A DNA stretch of 64,000 nucleotides from Vitrella brassicaformis CCMP3155 (GCA_001179505.1 CDMY01000130.1:62001-126000); one strand, 5' to 3'. Positions 37,592 to 51,800 are shown, counted from the first letter of the stretch. The notes: a model not told the origin generated them from the sequence alone. Numbers and translations: made by a program.

Positions 37592-37740
37592 TTCATTCAT
37601 TCATCTTAACTCCGTCCGCATGTTCGTAGGCTCGGCGAGGGGATCAGACGCGACAGCTTGGCGAGGGAAACAACAGCATCAGAGGTTTGCTTCGGTTTGT
37701 GGGTGCGGGTATGAAGTTTTCAACGGCTTAAAACAGCTTC
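37592..37740 (-). mobile_element. ~149-bp dispersed repeat, copy 2 (inverted relative to copy 1)
   Basis: Reverse complement matches 32860-33008. Weak similarity (CTCTGTCAA) resumes beyond an indel at 37741-37755. Confidence 0.65.
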
Positions 37741-37879
37741 AACGTTGACAGAGCCAGACAGATAGATGATGACCGGCTTCTCCCGAACCCACTTTTGTCG
37801 GCATGCGCTTCCTCTGCCCCTGTCTCAAAGTGTTTGCGTCATCAACCCACTTGATCGATCTGTCTGCCTCTCCATTCGC

Positions 37880-39642
37880 TCAGGCCGTCTCCTTCCTCTC
37901 ATTCTTCCCTTCAGGCTGTGGCTGTTTGGGAAGGTCGAAGAAATCTTCCTCGAGTGTGTATGCGTGCGTGTCTCCTGGTCGCCGGACCCCAATTTGAGGC
38001 GCAAGGCAGCCGTTGGAACTCTTAGAGAGGCTAGCTTTCAGCATGTATTTGGCGATCAGTGGCGTGCAAAAAGCACGGTGCAATCGCTCTTTGCCACGCC
38101 ATCGCTCTTTGTGAAGCACCAGCACGGTTGACTGCACGAGGCACATGACCTGTAGGCCAAGACATACATGCGCGTGAATCACCGCAGCAGCATGGAGGCG
38201 TATGGATAGCTATTGAGCTACCTGGTGGGCCTGGCTGCCTTGGGGGAAGCTGGAGTGGATGGTGATGGATGCAGGCATTAGGTCATCGGCTCGAGCGTTG
38301 GTCGGGCCGCCAAAGGTTCGCTCCCCTTTCGCCACGCACTCCTTGGTCAGCTCTTCGAGCTGCGGCCAGGCATCGAGGAGGTCGAAGAAGAAGCGTGTGT
38401 CAAGGTCCATTGCCTCCTGCAACCCCTTTCTCTCCTTCACGAGGTGGAGTGTCATGTGGTAGCGCTTGTCGCGTTTGGCCTCCTTGTCCTCGACCTTGCG
38501 GACCTCAAGGTCAATCTTGCCAGGAATGTCATTGCCAGTGACGTTGCCGGTGTCCATGTCCTCGAGTTCATCGAGCAATTCCTCAAGAAGGTGCGATCGA
38601 AGGATGTGGGTTGAAAATATTGCCGTCTGCGTATTCTGCAGCTTTCTTGTCATTTTTCTGCAGCTGTCGTATCTCTCTTTGCTTGCTTTGGGAGCGAAGC
38701 GGAATCCGAAACTCTGGTACCAGAAACCTGGAATGGCACAAGACAGATCGACAAAGAACGGGTGCCATGACTGCTAAACTGTGCCTTTACATATCCGCGT
38801 ACCCACCCGCTTTTTGTAGGGTGTACAAAGCTTTGATGCTGCTGGCGTCCTGTTACAGCAGACCAAGGGAGACAGGCAGACTTGTGAGTATACAGGCTCA
38901 CTCCCATCGTAACCTTGATGATCGTTTCCTTGCAGCCCCACTCAGCGCCATACGTATCAAGGAATGCAAGCAATGCAACCAAGAGCGTGTTGCCGTTGAG
39001 TTCCTTGCCTTTGTCCACCCTTAGTTACCAGAGACGAGAGAGAGAGAGAGAGAGAGCATGACTTGTGCTTATCTGTGCTTAATTCGCCTACCGGTAGACT
39101 TCACAGACGCGCGTCTCCTTTCCCCGATCCATGAGGCGCAAAAGGCTTACGCCATCTCCAGCGGGCGTCATGCCCGCTGCGCTTAACATGACACCGAACC
39201 AACGCCCGACGGGGATTCCCTGGACGGCCCTCAGTGCGACCCAATTCTCGGACTCCGATGATTTCTGCAAGAGCAGGACCACATTCAGATGATGTTTGCC
39301 CTTGAGGTTGGACTGAAGGCGGCTGCTGAACTTGTCGGACACATCGACAGAGCAACTACATCCATGCATTGCAGCCAGCGGCCAAGAAAGTCAACACAAG
39401 AAAAGCATCTGTCTGCATCAAAGCAGCTCATGCCTACTCATGCCTTTCCTCCTTGAAGTTTTTCTTGTCCACCTGATCTCGATTGGGTCCACAGGGAAGC
39501 TCACGGGCGGGGATGAACAGCTGGGCCCTTCAGTGGTCTTTTCCACTGAAGAGGATAACAACACGTGGCCTGCACCGCCCTCCAGCTGACTGAAAAGGAT
39601 CAGGGCAGTGCAGAGCGACCATGCACGAGAATGGACGACCAT
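37880..39642 (-). CDS. Hypothetical protein with a predicted signal peptide and a possible GNAT acetyltransferase-like fold
   Basis: In-frame spliced chain MVVHSRAWSLCTALILFSQ... / ...VYR|VDKGKELNGNTLLVALLAFLDTYGAEWGCKETIIK|DASSIKALYTLQKA|GFWYQSFGFRF... / ...KNERKETA*. The G..LL.....G...I and WY..FGF pattern is GNAT-like (inference). Confidence 0.5.
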
Positions 39643-39689
39643 GCCTGAAAATCCCGATTCCCATTCGTAACCCTCCAGCTGACTGAAAA
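39578..39689. repeat. 19-bp direct repeat CCCTCCAGCTGACTGAAAA, two copies, 93-bp period
   Basis: Copies at 39578-39596 and 39671-39689, on either side of the predicted ATG at 39642. Confidence 0.8.
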
Positions 39690-39886
39690 AGGGGGCAGCT
39701 CGTGGGGGCTGGATGGGGGCGTCTCCCCGAAAAAAGAGCCAGGAGCATCTCCTTCTCAATCTTGGACGCTCTCACCGAGCATCCACGACTCAGCATGAGT
39801 GCTGTTGACCGTCCACCTTGATGGATGATGAATTTCTGAGCCGTTGGGCCCCGTGAAACCCACAGAAAATGGAAAAATACTGAAAA

Positions 39887-42800
39887 ATGGCGCACGAAGA
39901 TGACGGTCTGCCGCTCGACGAGCAGCATGACGAAGCGCATGACGATTTTTTGCTCGACGATTTGCTTAATGCTCCGCGGGCTTCAGCTGACGCGGCACAG
40001 GTTCGCTGCATCTGGATACAACCAAATGGATACGAGTAACATATGCGTCAGCACTCGTGTTTCGATCTTGCAGGCGTCGGCTGCGGAGAGCCATCCATCG
40101 ACAAGGGCTCCACACGGTGGCAGATCCACTCAGGTACGTGCAAGATGCGGGGGAGACGGAGCATCGTCTGTTTGCTTCTGAACAAAATGTTGTGCATTCA
40201 CGGCGCATGCAGGCTCCTGTGCCGCCTGTGATGCAGACACCTGTGTATGTGCTGCGGCCGAGTGACAATTCGGGGGGCAAGAGAGGCGTGTCGTCACGCG
40301 CCAAGTCTGCTGGCAGGAAGGCGGGTAGGCGTGCAACCGACACGTTCATGTTGTGCAGGCATTCAATATGCGTGTGTGTCTGTCTGTGTGTGCTTGTCCA
40401 TGCAGCCAGCAGCAAATCGCATGGAGGGGCGTCGCTGATGCCGTCGGCGAGGAAAGGCAGTGAAGGGGCCTTGCTGAGGTAACCCGTTGATGTGTGCAGG
40501 GAGATGTCAATACGTGTCCACGTGTGTGTATACAGTGAGAAGGATCGGGCCGAGAGGTATTTCTCTGTCCGTGACGAGAACAATGCGCTCAAGAGACACC
40601 AGGCGCAACTGAATGAGCAAATCAGGGCCCTCACGGTGCGCATTCATTCAGTCAGTCAGTCATTTTCTGTCGTCTCTCCGTTTGGCACAAGTCTACACAT
40701 GCGTACCTACGTAGGTGAAGTTGCAGCGGCTGCAGGGTGATTTGGTCAAGTCGTCCGCCTATCCGTGCGAAGGCCTCGTGTCCGACGAGATCGAGCAGCT
40801 CAGAGAAGTACGCGCACACGAATACTCTCATACTTATGTCAGGAGCTCATATGTTAGGAACTGCTCGAGGCCAATGAGAGGATCCGAAAGCAGGAGAGGC
40901 TCCTGGCCCACGATCCAAGCCTCAAGGTGACTGTGTGCCTGAACGGAGTATGCGTTTATGTCCACACGTCTTGCTTCTGCATGCAGCTCCTTTCTCACGG
41001 AGGAGGCTATCTGCGTGCCAGGGCAGCAATGTACACATGCCCACGGGAGGATCGACACACAATCATTTGGAAGTATAATGTCCATTGTGTTGTGTAGGCC
41101 CTTGCCGTCTCTGCCTTCCCCGAGACGCTCTGAGTCGCCCATTGTGCACTCGCTCAGGTGTGCATCCAATTTGCACATATGAGGGTCGAATGGACTTGAA
41201 TACATGTCTTCATGATGTGTCCAGGTGTCAGCTGGCTCACGCAAAGGAGCAGACAGAGAGGTTTCAGGTGTGTCGATATTCCGTGGGTAACATTTACACG
41301 TTGGCCACGTGTCTCTTCCTTTCAAATGCAGGCGCAGAACGAGCAACTAATCGATCAGCTCCACAAGATGGCCGGCAGTGGCATCAAGCAGACAGCCACA
41401 GAAGTACGCGTGAGAATGCTTCAAAGAAGGCCGATTGACATGTTCACGTACACACAAATTGCAACAGGACCGCATGGCTGTCTCGGCGCCTTCATCCAGC
41501 GATTATGAGGTGGAGAATCTCCGCAAGAGGCTCAGAGAGGTGAGACGAGCACATGCATCCGTTTATGTACAATGTGGGCAATCACGTGGGCATGGGAATG
41601 CCTGCAGGCTGACGACGAGAGGCGTTCGCTGATGTCCAAGATCCAGCAGCTAGCAGAGAATCCCTTCCTCAGTGCCCTCGAGGGCAAGTAAGCATGTCGC
41701 CACACGTGGATCTGTGTTCATGGCCTTGCGTACAGGCTCGTGTCTGAGCGAACACTGCAAGAAATGGAAGAGCGACTCAAGAAGAAAGAAGAGGTGCTTC
41801 AACCCACACACACCTGTGTCTCCGTATGCATGACGTCCAGCCACATGCGCCTAATTCGTGTCTGTCTGCAGGAGGCTCGTAATGTCCAGGACCAGCTGGA
41901 CATACTGGAGTCAGAGCGCAAGAGACGCGCAGCCGAGATCGACATGGAGAGGCAGCAGGTCAGTCCCTACACGCATGTGTTGTGTTGCCTGCATTGGGCG
42001 TTGTGTGTACGTACAGTATAGGTCGGCCATCGAGCAAAATGAGAGGCTGAAAGTGCGACTGGAAGACAGAGACAACCAACTGGCGTCATTCCATGTGAGC
42101 ACAGAGAGTCGTGGATTGACGTGCGGGTGTGCATGTGTGCGTCTCTCAATCTATCGACAGGATCGCTTGCGCATTTTCATGGGCGTCCTGTCGTCCACCG
42201 AGCAGGTACATGAACAGCAAGGAATCAACGTGTATTTCTGTGTGAACGAGTGGTCATTTGTGCGAATCGATTATGCACACAGGAGTTCGTGCAGCAGTTC
42301 CTTGGAGAGCTGATGGAAAAGGACATCAGAGAGGGAAAAAGGCTAGCTCCGGGTGGCAATATGCTCCAGTGTAGGCGCACAACTATGCGAACACTGGGGC
42401 CATGCCCACACAAACGGATGTCCATGTGTGTGCAGTGGTCGATCAGCTGCGTCTGGAGAAGGCCCAGCTGGCAGAGGAAGTGCAAGCCGCACACTCCCTT
42501 CTCAAACGGTATGTAAGATACACACATGTTCATGTCAATCTGAACATGTGTTGGTCCTCTCACGTATACAGTGAGACGGCGATCGCGTCGTCTCTCCGCT
42601 CGTTACACGACACCGACATAAATGAGCTGACGGACCAAATCTCGGCAATGGGTACATACTTCTGCCGACGCAAGATCGTAGATACTCACAATCGTTTCCA
42701 CGTGTGCAGCGGTTGATTCGGGCAAGTGGCGCATGTTGGCGGACCAAAGGCAGCACGCCATGCGAGAACTGCAGACCGAGCTGGCAAAAGCAGGCACCAG

Positions 42801-45800
42801 CCAGGTACGCAAATACACGCATGTGAACATCCTCAAGCACAAAATGCTGTATGAGCAGGATCGGCTTTTCGAGCGTCCCGACATGCAGCCTAGCGGAGAG
42901 AATTCGCTCGGTGCCTTCATGCATAGACCGCGCATGGATGATTTCACTTCCAAATTGACATGTGTGGATGCAGACATCTACATTGGCCAGGGGCAGATCG
43001 AGTCGGCTGTTGTGGGCGGCGATGAGGGGACAAGCTCATGCATACTGGTCGAGTTCTATGACTATGACGCGGCCGGCACACAGGTAGGCAGGCATCCCTC
43101 GTCGAATGCACTGCCTACTTGTGTCTTTGTGTTTGTCTCTTGATAGCACGCGATTGGTCTGTCGCCTCGCTATGGGTCGATGGTCTCCTTTCCCCTGCAA
43201 CCCGACGAACGCACACTCGATCACATACAGAAGGCACGTTGGGAGATACCAACACGGAGACGTGTGTGTATCCGTACTCATGTGTCCGTGCGCTCACACA
43301 GGAAGGGCTGCACATGGAGCTGTGTGTATTGCGTGAGCCTGGCGAGCGGCCGATGACCCTGGGCAGGTGCCAGGTGCCCCTGGGCGACATCCTCAATGCG
43401 ACACCAGCATACCCCAGCCCAGCTGTCAGAGGCACGGCTACATTCGTCGGTACCAATGGATGTAGGGCCGCATTTGGAGATGCGTATACTTGCGTGTGCG
43501 GCTGTTGCACACATCAGGTGATGGTCGGGCGGTTGGACGAGTGGACTATCGGATACGTATACGCAGCCCGATCATCGAGCATATCGACGTGCACAAAGGA
43601 AAGGTCAGCGTGACTATGGACTTGTGGATACACAAGCAATTGTGTTTATGTCAATTCTTGCAGCGGCAGCTGGTCGATGCGCAGGCTGCGACGGAAGCAC
43701 GGATGATGATCCCCCATGGCGTGCAGGGCATCGACAGCTCACTGCTGGCCCGTATGTATACTGTGCCACACAGTTGTGCTCATTCACTTGAATGCCCACG
43801 CATTTGTGTTTGTGCAGCTACGCCAGTCCACACTCTCCTGATCAACGGTACGGTACAAACACATCGATATGCGTACATGTCTCTCCTCATGCGAGCGTGT
43901 CTCTATCCACGACAGTTGAGAGCATTAGCGGTCTGCCTCCCTCTGCGCGATCATATGTGTACTTCGAACTCCCCGAAGGCAAGAGGCACTTCACGCAGAC
44001 AATGCAAGGCGGCGATCCACGGTGACTCACCCAGCAACGTGCACGTACAGGGTCTGTACGTCTTTGTTCGCGTACACATAGGTTTGAGAGTGAGTGTCGT
44101 GTGCGCATCAACGTGAGCGATGCGGCAGCTCTCCAGTGGATGTCGCAGCAGGCACTCCACTGCTTCGTCTTCGACGACACCGCTGAAGATACATCACAAG
44201 TGCGCATACGTGTGTACACAAGACATCGACATATGTACACACGAAGGTACTGCAGGCGGCTGTGCTGGGCGAGTGCCACGCGTCTCTCATGCCGCTGCTG
44301 CTCAAGGTAGGGTAAATGGTCCCTATTTATACACATCTATCTCCTTCGCATCTCGATCTTCGTATGCAGGCCTCACACGTGCTTCGCGAGTCGAAATGCC
44401 TCTCTGATCCATCCACCGGCAAAATGACAGCCGCACAGCTGCACGTACAGGTGAGTGAACACCCACGTGTATGTCCATGTGCAGCTCTATCATTCTTACC
44501 AACTCGTTCAAACAGGCCCGCTGGCAGGACATTCACCTCGCTGATGTGCCTGAGGCACCGCCAATTGCACCTCAGATGTCTATGCACACAGATGCTGAGG
44601 GGGCTCGCCAGCAGCCACAGCCGCAGCAGCAGCCTTCCTGTGACCACGTTGCTCTCCGCATTGCCGCCAAGATGCCCGCGATCGAAACCGACTTCACTCG
44701 CGCATGGAACATGATTGGCGCCAAGAGGTGGGCGGACCGTGATCAGGGTAGACAGACACAATACAAGTCCCTGTCTCAGCAACGGTCTTCTCTCATCGCG
44801 GGAGCTCTCACATCTCCTGCTGTCGTTGCCCTTCGGCCTGTCGCGTGATGGAGCAAACCTCTTGATATCATATTGCCCAGCATTGCCGACCGACAGGGAG
44901 AGCTTTCTCACCTTCGTGCAAAAACACGGAGGTCAAATCGACCAGGGGCACCGACAGCTGATTGAGAGGATCGCTGGCGCATTCGAGAGAAGTCACAAGA
45001 CGGCCGATCAGATATTCAGGCAAGCACACGACACAAGCGATCCGTGTACAAATTGCATTCTGTGTATGGATGGATGTGCTTGCTTTGCTCCCAGCGAGGT
45101 CGACATTGACCGTTCCGGCCGGCTTTCGCAGCACGAGTTCTCCAGGCTCTTGCTGGCTTTTGATGACTCGCTGACAGACAGTGACCTCGGCCTGCTGTGG
45201 CACAATGCAGACAAAGACGGCTCAGGCAACATTGACAGAGACGAATTTGCCAAATTGTTTTTCAGACACAGAGGGAGAGCTGCTACTGGTGAGTGAGTGA
45301 TCCTCTTGTCTGTCCTGTTTGCTTGTTCGCTTCCTTTCTCTGCAGATAGCACCATCGTCCATCTGCTGGATCGCCTGAGAAAGCGCGCAATCAGCGAATG
45401 GCTCTTTGGCGGCATCCGGGAGACACACGTCGACCGTGTTGACATGTCAGAGCGGCTGAGGGAACTCTCATGCGGGCTGTCGAACAAAGAACTCGAGCAG
45501 GTCATTCCGAGACTCAGACACACACACACACACACACACACAGACATTCGCAGTCCCCCATTTCTCTATTGTCAGTTGCTCGACCACTTTGCTGCGAGAA
45601 ATGGATTGGTTGATGTGGAATCCCTTCGGCGTGAGCTCGACAAACCCCCAGGCGGCATTGACTTGTTGGTGCACAACCTGGGCAGCCGCATCCGGAGGGC
45701 AATCGAGCGCACAGGTTGGTCACGTTACCGCATGGGGTGAATGCTCCCTCTCTCTCTGTGTGTGTCATGGCGTGCAGGCGCATCGATTGAGGACATATTT

Positions 45801-48800
45801 GCCCGTGTGGATGAGGATGGCTCAGGGCGGTTGGAAAGAGCAGAGTTCCGGGCATTTGTTGAGAGGTTTGAGCCCTCGATAACGCCGAGGCAATTTCAGG
45901 GACTGCTCGATTGTCTCGACAAGGTTCTGACATGGCCAAAAGGCAAGAACAATGCTGTGTGTACATGGGAGTCCTTTATGCAGGATTGGTCAGGGTCGAT
46001 CAGTTTGAGGGACTTTCGTGCGTTCATAGGGGACAAGACGGAGGAGAGGGTCGTCACTGAGACACACAGTGATGGCCTCATGAACCGCCTGTGTCGCTGC
46101 TTTGACGCACATGCAAACACTCTGCTACGGGTGAGCTGATTTGTGCAGACATCAGAGAAGGTGTGCAAGTCAGTGTACGCATGTACGCGCATGCAGCTGT
46201 TTCTGGATCACTCTGGAGAGCTTGCACGTGACGAGTGGGTGGCGGAACTCTCGGTTTTGCCCGTGGCCTTCTCACTTCCTGGTGTGTGCGCATACAGCGC
46301 ATGAATACATGTATAGAAATGTGTGTGTGAATGAATGCAGAGCTCGATCACCTATTTTGGACGATGAAGGGACCGGAGAGCGATCGCCTGACCTATGATG
46401 ACTTCGTTGCGGCAATCGACCAGCATCGGCAGCTGGTATGTACATTCGTAGCTACATATACTCATGCACGTCGGTCTCGACGTGTGTTTACACAGGGAGG
46501 GGGTAAAGCGACACAGGTGCTGAGAAGGATTTGTGAGGCGATCGAGAGAGCAGGTACATCGTCGAACGTTTGTATGCGCATGATGCCGCTAACGTGCGCT
46601 TATATTCCCACGTTAAGGTGTCGATCTGTCGACGGTTTTCTCCCGCATTGACACGAGAGGCCTCGGTTACATCACCCCCTCTCAATTCGCGTCTACCCTG
46701 ACCTCATTCGAGCCCTCACTCACAGACACCGACATTGTATGCACACATATGCATATGCCGAGACGTGTACACATGGTGCACATTGTGTGTGTGCAGGAGT
46801 ATCTGGTGTCTCTTGCCGACAAAGATCACGACGGCGAGATTGACTTCAGAGAGTTCGCCAGACTGATGAGAGAGAGCAGCACGGACCAACAGAAGCCGCT
46901 TTTTAGGTGCGCTTTTTAGTGTGCACTCATGTGCGTCATAAATTATTCATAGGATGCCCGTCCACACAGGCTAGCCCCCCCCCTTCCCCCCCAACAGACG
47001 CAAACAGGAAGGGAGGGGGGCGCCAAAACCAACCACAAAGGTGGGTGCACAACACATAACATTCACGCACAGTTGCACATATCTCCATGTTTGTTTGTAC
47101 GCACAGGCGAGGAGGCCCACATCGCATCCATCTGTGGCCGCATTGCCAAACGATTCATAGCCGACCAGAGAGTGGACCTCTCCTCGCTTGAAACCATGTG
47201 GTAAGTTGGTTCACGCGCCCACACGGATCCACGCGTGTGTGTGCGTGTGTGTGTGTGTGTGTGCAGGGGGCAGGGGAGCATGGATCACTTGTCACTGAGG
47301 GACTTTCTGCCCAAACTTGGAGCCAAACTGTCCGCCGATGAGGCCGACATGGTGGGTGTCGCGCGGAATATTCACTGTCACACCTAAATATCTATCCCAT
47401 TTGAGCATTCATACACGTATAGCTGGCTGCCCATCTGACCAAGAGAGGGACGCGACCAGTGTCCTTTCGGCAGTTGGAGAGCCTGCTCGAGTCATCGGCA
47501 GTGAAGGCAAGTCATGCATACGCACGTGAGTACGCAAATGGTATATGTGTGCGTCCATGCGTTGATGCAGGCTACCGCCCTCGACCAATGGGCGATCGAT
47601 TTCATCTCTCGGGTGAAGCAGGCTGCCCTTCGCAAAGGCACAAGCATGGAAAAGTCGCTGAACACTGGTATGTGCATGCACACATGGGGACACTTGACAC
47701 ACGACGGAGACAACACATAGAGACACGACTCCATCGCGTGCAGACGTGATTTCGTCTTCGGCGCTGAAGAGTGTGCTGAAGGGCGTGTGTGTGCACATGC
47801 CCGAGACACAGCTGCAGCGGCTCTGGGACGTGTGCCCGAAGGAGAGTGACGGGTACGCAGTAAACGCATCTCCATTAATGCGAGCACAGGTCTGACGTGT
47901 ACGTCTCCTGAACCACAGGACGGTGCTTCCCCCGGTGTTCTTCTCCTACTTCTCACAATCGCTGCCCTCCTACCTGTCATCTGTTATCCCCACCGGTAGA
48001 CACACACAAACACACGTCCTCGCGGATCTGCGCACTCATACGTTCTTTCAGGCAAAGGCCCCTTCGAGTTGAGACCTCCTGTGCCGCTGCGAAGGCAGCG
48101 AATCATCAAGGGCGATGAAGGAACACGTACGTATGTGTGCCTTTGCGCATTTGTAAACAAAAGATATGTTCACGTGTGCATGTATGCAGGGAGAGGAGAG
48201 CCGGCGGAGAGCGCAGTGGACAGGGAGATGGCGCATGTGCTGCTGGGCAAGATTAGACAGAGGCTGGAGCAGAGGGGACTCACTGCTGAAAGGGCATTCA
48301 GGCTGATGGTACGAAGCGATGGACACGCAGCGCAACACACATTTCGTGCATTCATCGATGTAGGACGCTGATAAGAGTGGCTCGCTGTCGCTCGATGAGT
48401 TCACACGGTCAGACACTCATGCCCACAGGCATCGAGCATATGTAGTGGACGCATGCAGGGCACTTTCCTGTCTCCATTTGGGCCTGTCCTCTCGCGAGAT
48501 CGCATCTGTGTTCTCCCTCATTGACACCAATAACAACCGCAGCATCTCTCTTGCAGGTGCGTGCCTGTCACTTTTTTGCCTTATGTGGCTATGTTGACAT
48601 ATGTCTGCACGGTATGTGTCCACCAGAATTCTCGCAAGCCCTGAGCACCAGCAGCCCCCCTGCTGTGACGGCCGCCTGGCTGAGACGGCTGACCGAGAGG
48701 ATTCGTGGCGCCATCAGCAGAGCTGCTGTCGGGGTGGTAAGCGTGTCTCCAGATGTCGGCGTGGCGCCTACAGGAATCACAGATGCATGTACAGGAGGAC

Positions 48801-51800
48801 GTGTGGCGGCGATTAGCGGACGGCAAAAGCAGCATCGGCTTTGCGGAGTTTGAGAAGGTCGTGGCTTTCTGCTGATACACTCATACTGTCAAATATGTAC
48901 GTGTCCGTGTTTGTATGTGCAGATGGTCCGTGCGTTTGAGCCCTCTCTGGGTGATGGTGACCTCCACCGCTACTGGTCACTCCTCGACAAGGACCACTCA
49001 AACGCACTCGAATACGATGAATTCGCTGACGCATTCGGACCATCCACCGACGGCTACCCAAGTATAAGTACATACAACTGCATACAGATCAATGTGTGTA
49101 TACGAATGTCGCATTTCTGTCCGTCAGTTGATGTGTCTTCGGTCGATTGGCTGGTGGTGTTGGGGCGAGTGTATCTGGCGATGGAACAGAGAGGCGATTT
49201 CGCCCTTCTCGAAGCAAAGAGGTGGTTGCCACCCACAGACATACGTGAATGAGTGGACGAACATGTCTCTATGTCGGCAGCCCTCTGGCGTACGCGGACT
49301 TCCTGTCGATCTTGAGTCGCATGCAAGCTCATGTCTCACACGCAGAGGCCCAGGTGACGTTCTCTCACCTCGACACTGATGGCGACGGCCGTATTGACAC
49401 AAACGACATCAGAGAGGGCATGGATCGCGCCGACACTTGTAAGCGTATATGTACATGTATGTCTGGTCACAAGAGCACTGTTGAACACAACGCTTCTTTT
49501 CGTCCACAGGCGAGGAGACTCAGAAAGAGCTCAACAGACTGGAGACGTCAGCAATGTGCACACACCAGAGGGAAAGTCACATTTCGTGGTCCGTGTAGGC
49601 TGGCGATGAGAAGAGACGGCAGGAGGTTGCTGCAGTGGTTCAGCGACCGCCACCCGAGCTCTTCAATCACCGCGCAGAAATTCCTGGCCTCTCTTCTCTC
49701 TTTGGACCCCCACCTGCCCTCAAGCACGACCACACGCCTCATACACATGGCCGACAAGACAGCCAAGGGACGCATCCTATTCATCCCATTCATCACACGC
49801 TTTGCCGGTATGTATGTCTATGGGACGTATGCGTATGCATTTGTTGTGTGTACATCAATTGCAGGCAGAGCGATCCAAGAGCCGCCAACAGCACCAGCCG
49901 TGCCCTCTGGTACGTGCACCATAGATCAAAAGGATACGTACCTGTCTATGCATCCATGTACACTAATGTACAGCAGCCACCAGCGAGGAGATATGTGTGT
50001 TGATGGATCGTCTGGTGCGGCGGCTGGAGGGCTATCAGCTGTCCGTCACGCAGGCATTCGCCATGTACGACATCGATCAAGACGAGGTATGGACAAACAT
50101 AAGGGAAAATTATCTCACAGCCGGATCGAGACATGTGAGCCCATGTCTCCCCGTCCATGGTTCAGTTGCTGAGAAAGGCCGAGTTTGCCAAGGCTCTGTG
50201 GAGCATGAACCTGAGGCTCGCTCTCGATGAGATAGAGCTGCTGTTCTCACACATCGACTCCGCACAAACCGGCCAAGTCAGCATAGGCGACCTACAGGTA
50301 AGTAAACTGACCACCTCTGCTTAGCTAACACACAAAGCATATCTTTCTGTCTCCGGTCCTTTGTTTCCTCAGCGAGCCGTGCAGGGCCACAGATCACAGA
50401 ATTACGCCCAATGGGGAGAAGACATATTCCAGAGAGTGGTCGCAAGTCTCGCGCGGACGGGGCTGGAGCCAGCAAGTGCCTTGCAAAAACTTGACAGACA
50501 CGGCAACGGGCTGATCGACGCCAGAGACTTCACGCGCTTTCTCAAGACATTCGAGCCATCCTTGGCCGAAGACGACCTCATTAAGTCAGAAAAAACAGAC
50601 ACAGCGATGCCCTGATTGTCATGTCCCTCTTGTTGCAGGCTGCTTTGTCTCGTGGACAAAGACACCAGCGGAGCCGTCGACGCAGACGAGTTCATCAAGA
50701 CATTTGCCGCTGTCAGAGCGCCGTCCGTGCCTGTGCCGCGTTCGCCGACGTTCCATGACGAGGGCACATTTGTTCCGACTCTGGCAGCCGATGATCCTTA
50801 TTCGATCATCCTAGCCCGCATTCGCGGCAAGATGGCTGGCATCGAGCGGTTGGTGGCCCACGACGACAGGATCGACGCGGTGGTCTACGGGACGGTTATG
50901 AAGCGATGTGGGATAAAGCTCTCGGCAGCGGAGCTGGCGGGGCTCTTTGGTCGCCTCGACACAGACAAGGACGGCTACATCTCCTTGAGAGACCTGAGGG
51001 CGGCCCTGTCTGCCGCCCCCACGAGGGAGTGGGCAGATGCTCTCTTTCGCCGCATTGGTGATGCAATCGTGTACACGGGCCGGTCACTGGTGGACGAGAT
51101 GCGCGAGGCGGACATCGACGGCAGGGGGGCCATCGGTTCGGGCGTCTTTCGCGGGGTGCTGAGAGGGATCGAACCAAGACTGACGGACCAAGAGCTGGAG
51201 AATATGACGCACTACGCCAACAAAGTAAGTCCAGGAAGTGCGGGCGCATCTGTGTACTTGTGTGGAAGTGAAATGTGTGGTGTACTACTGATCAGGCCGA
51301 GGATGGTTCAATCGACATCGAGGATTCTCTGAATGCCATGGCTCGCGCAGACCCACGTACGGCCCGCCGCACACTCGAGGGAGTGGCCGGGTGTTTTGCG
51401 AAGCGCGTGAGGCAACTCCAAGACCGAAATGTTCTGGAGAGAGCATTCGCGAGGCACGACACCGCAAAGAGCGGCATCGTGACCGCATCGCAATTTGCAC
51501 GAGCAATCACGTAAGCAGTCTCAATGCCGCCCATTCGCCCTCACGGAAAAGGCGCTTACGTGTACAGGTCGTTGTGGCCATCTGCGAGCGACAGCGACCT
51601 GATGCAGCTGCTCAGGTTCACTATGCGAGGCAGCACACCAACCACATGGGACCAGTTTGCATATGAGCCGTTCCTGCGACGATTTGCGGACGACACGGGC
51701 GATTTTCATCCGGTGGCAAAAGAGGAGAGGGGCAAAGTGGCAAGACACTGCCAGCTGCTGCAGGTAAGAAGCGGAAAAGAAGAGTCCTACATGTCCCAAC

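Noticed and set aside
38650-38653. ATGA stop/start overlap between two minus-strand ORFs, suggesting operon-like translational coupling
   Set aside because: GT-AG introns join the two ORFs into one frame (QKA|GFWYQSFGF...RKMTRKLQ), so the overlap is incidental.
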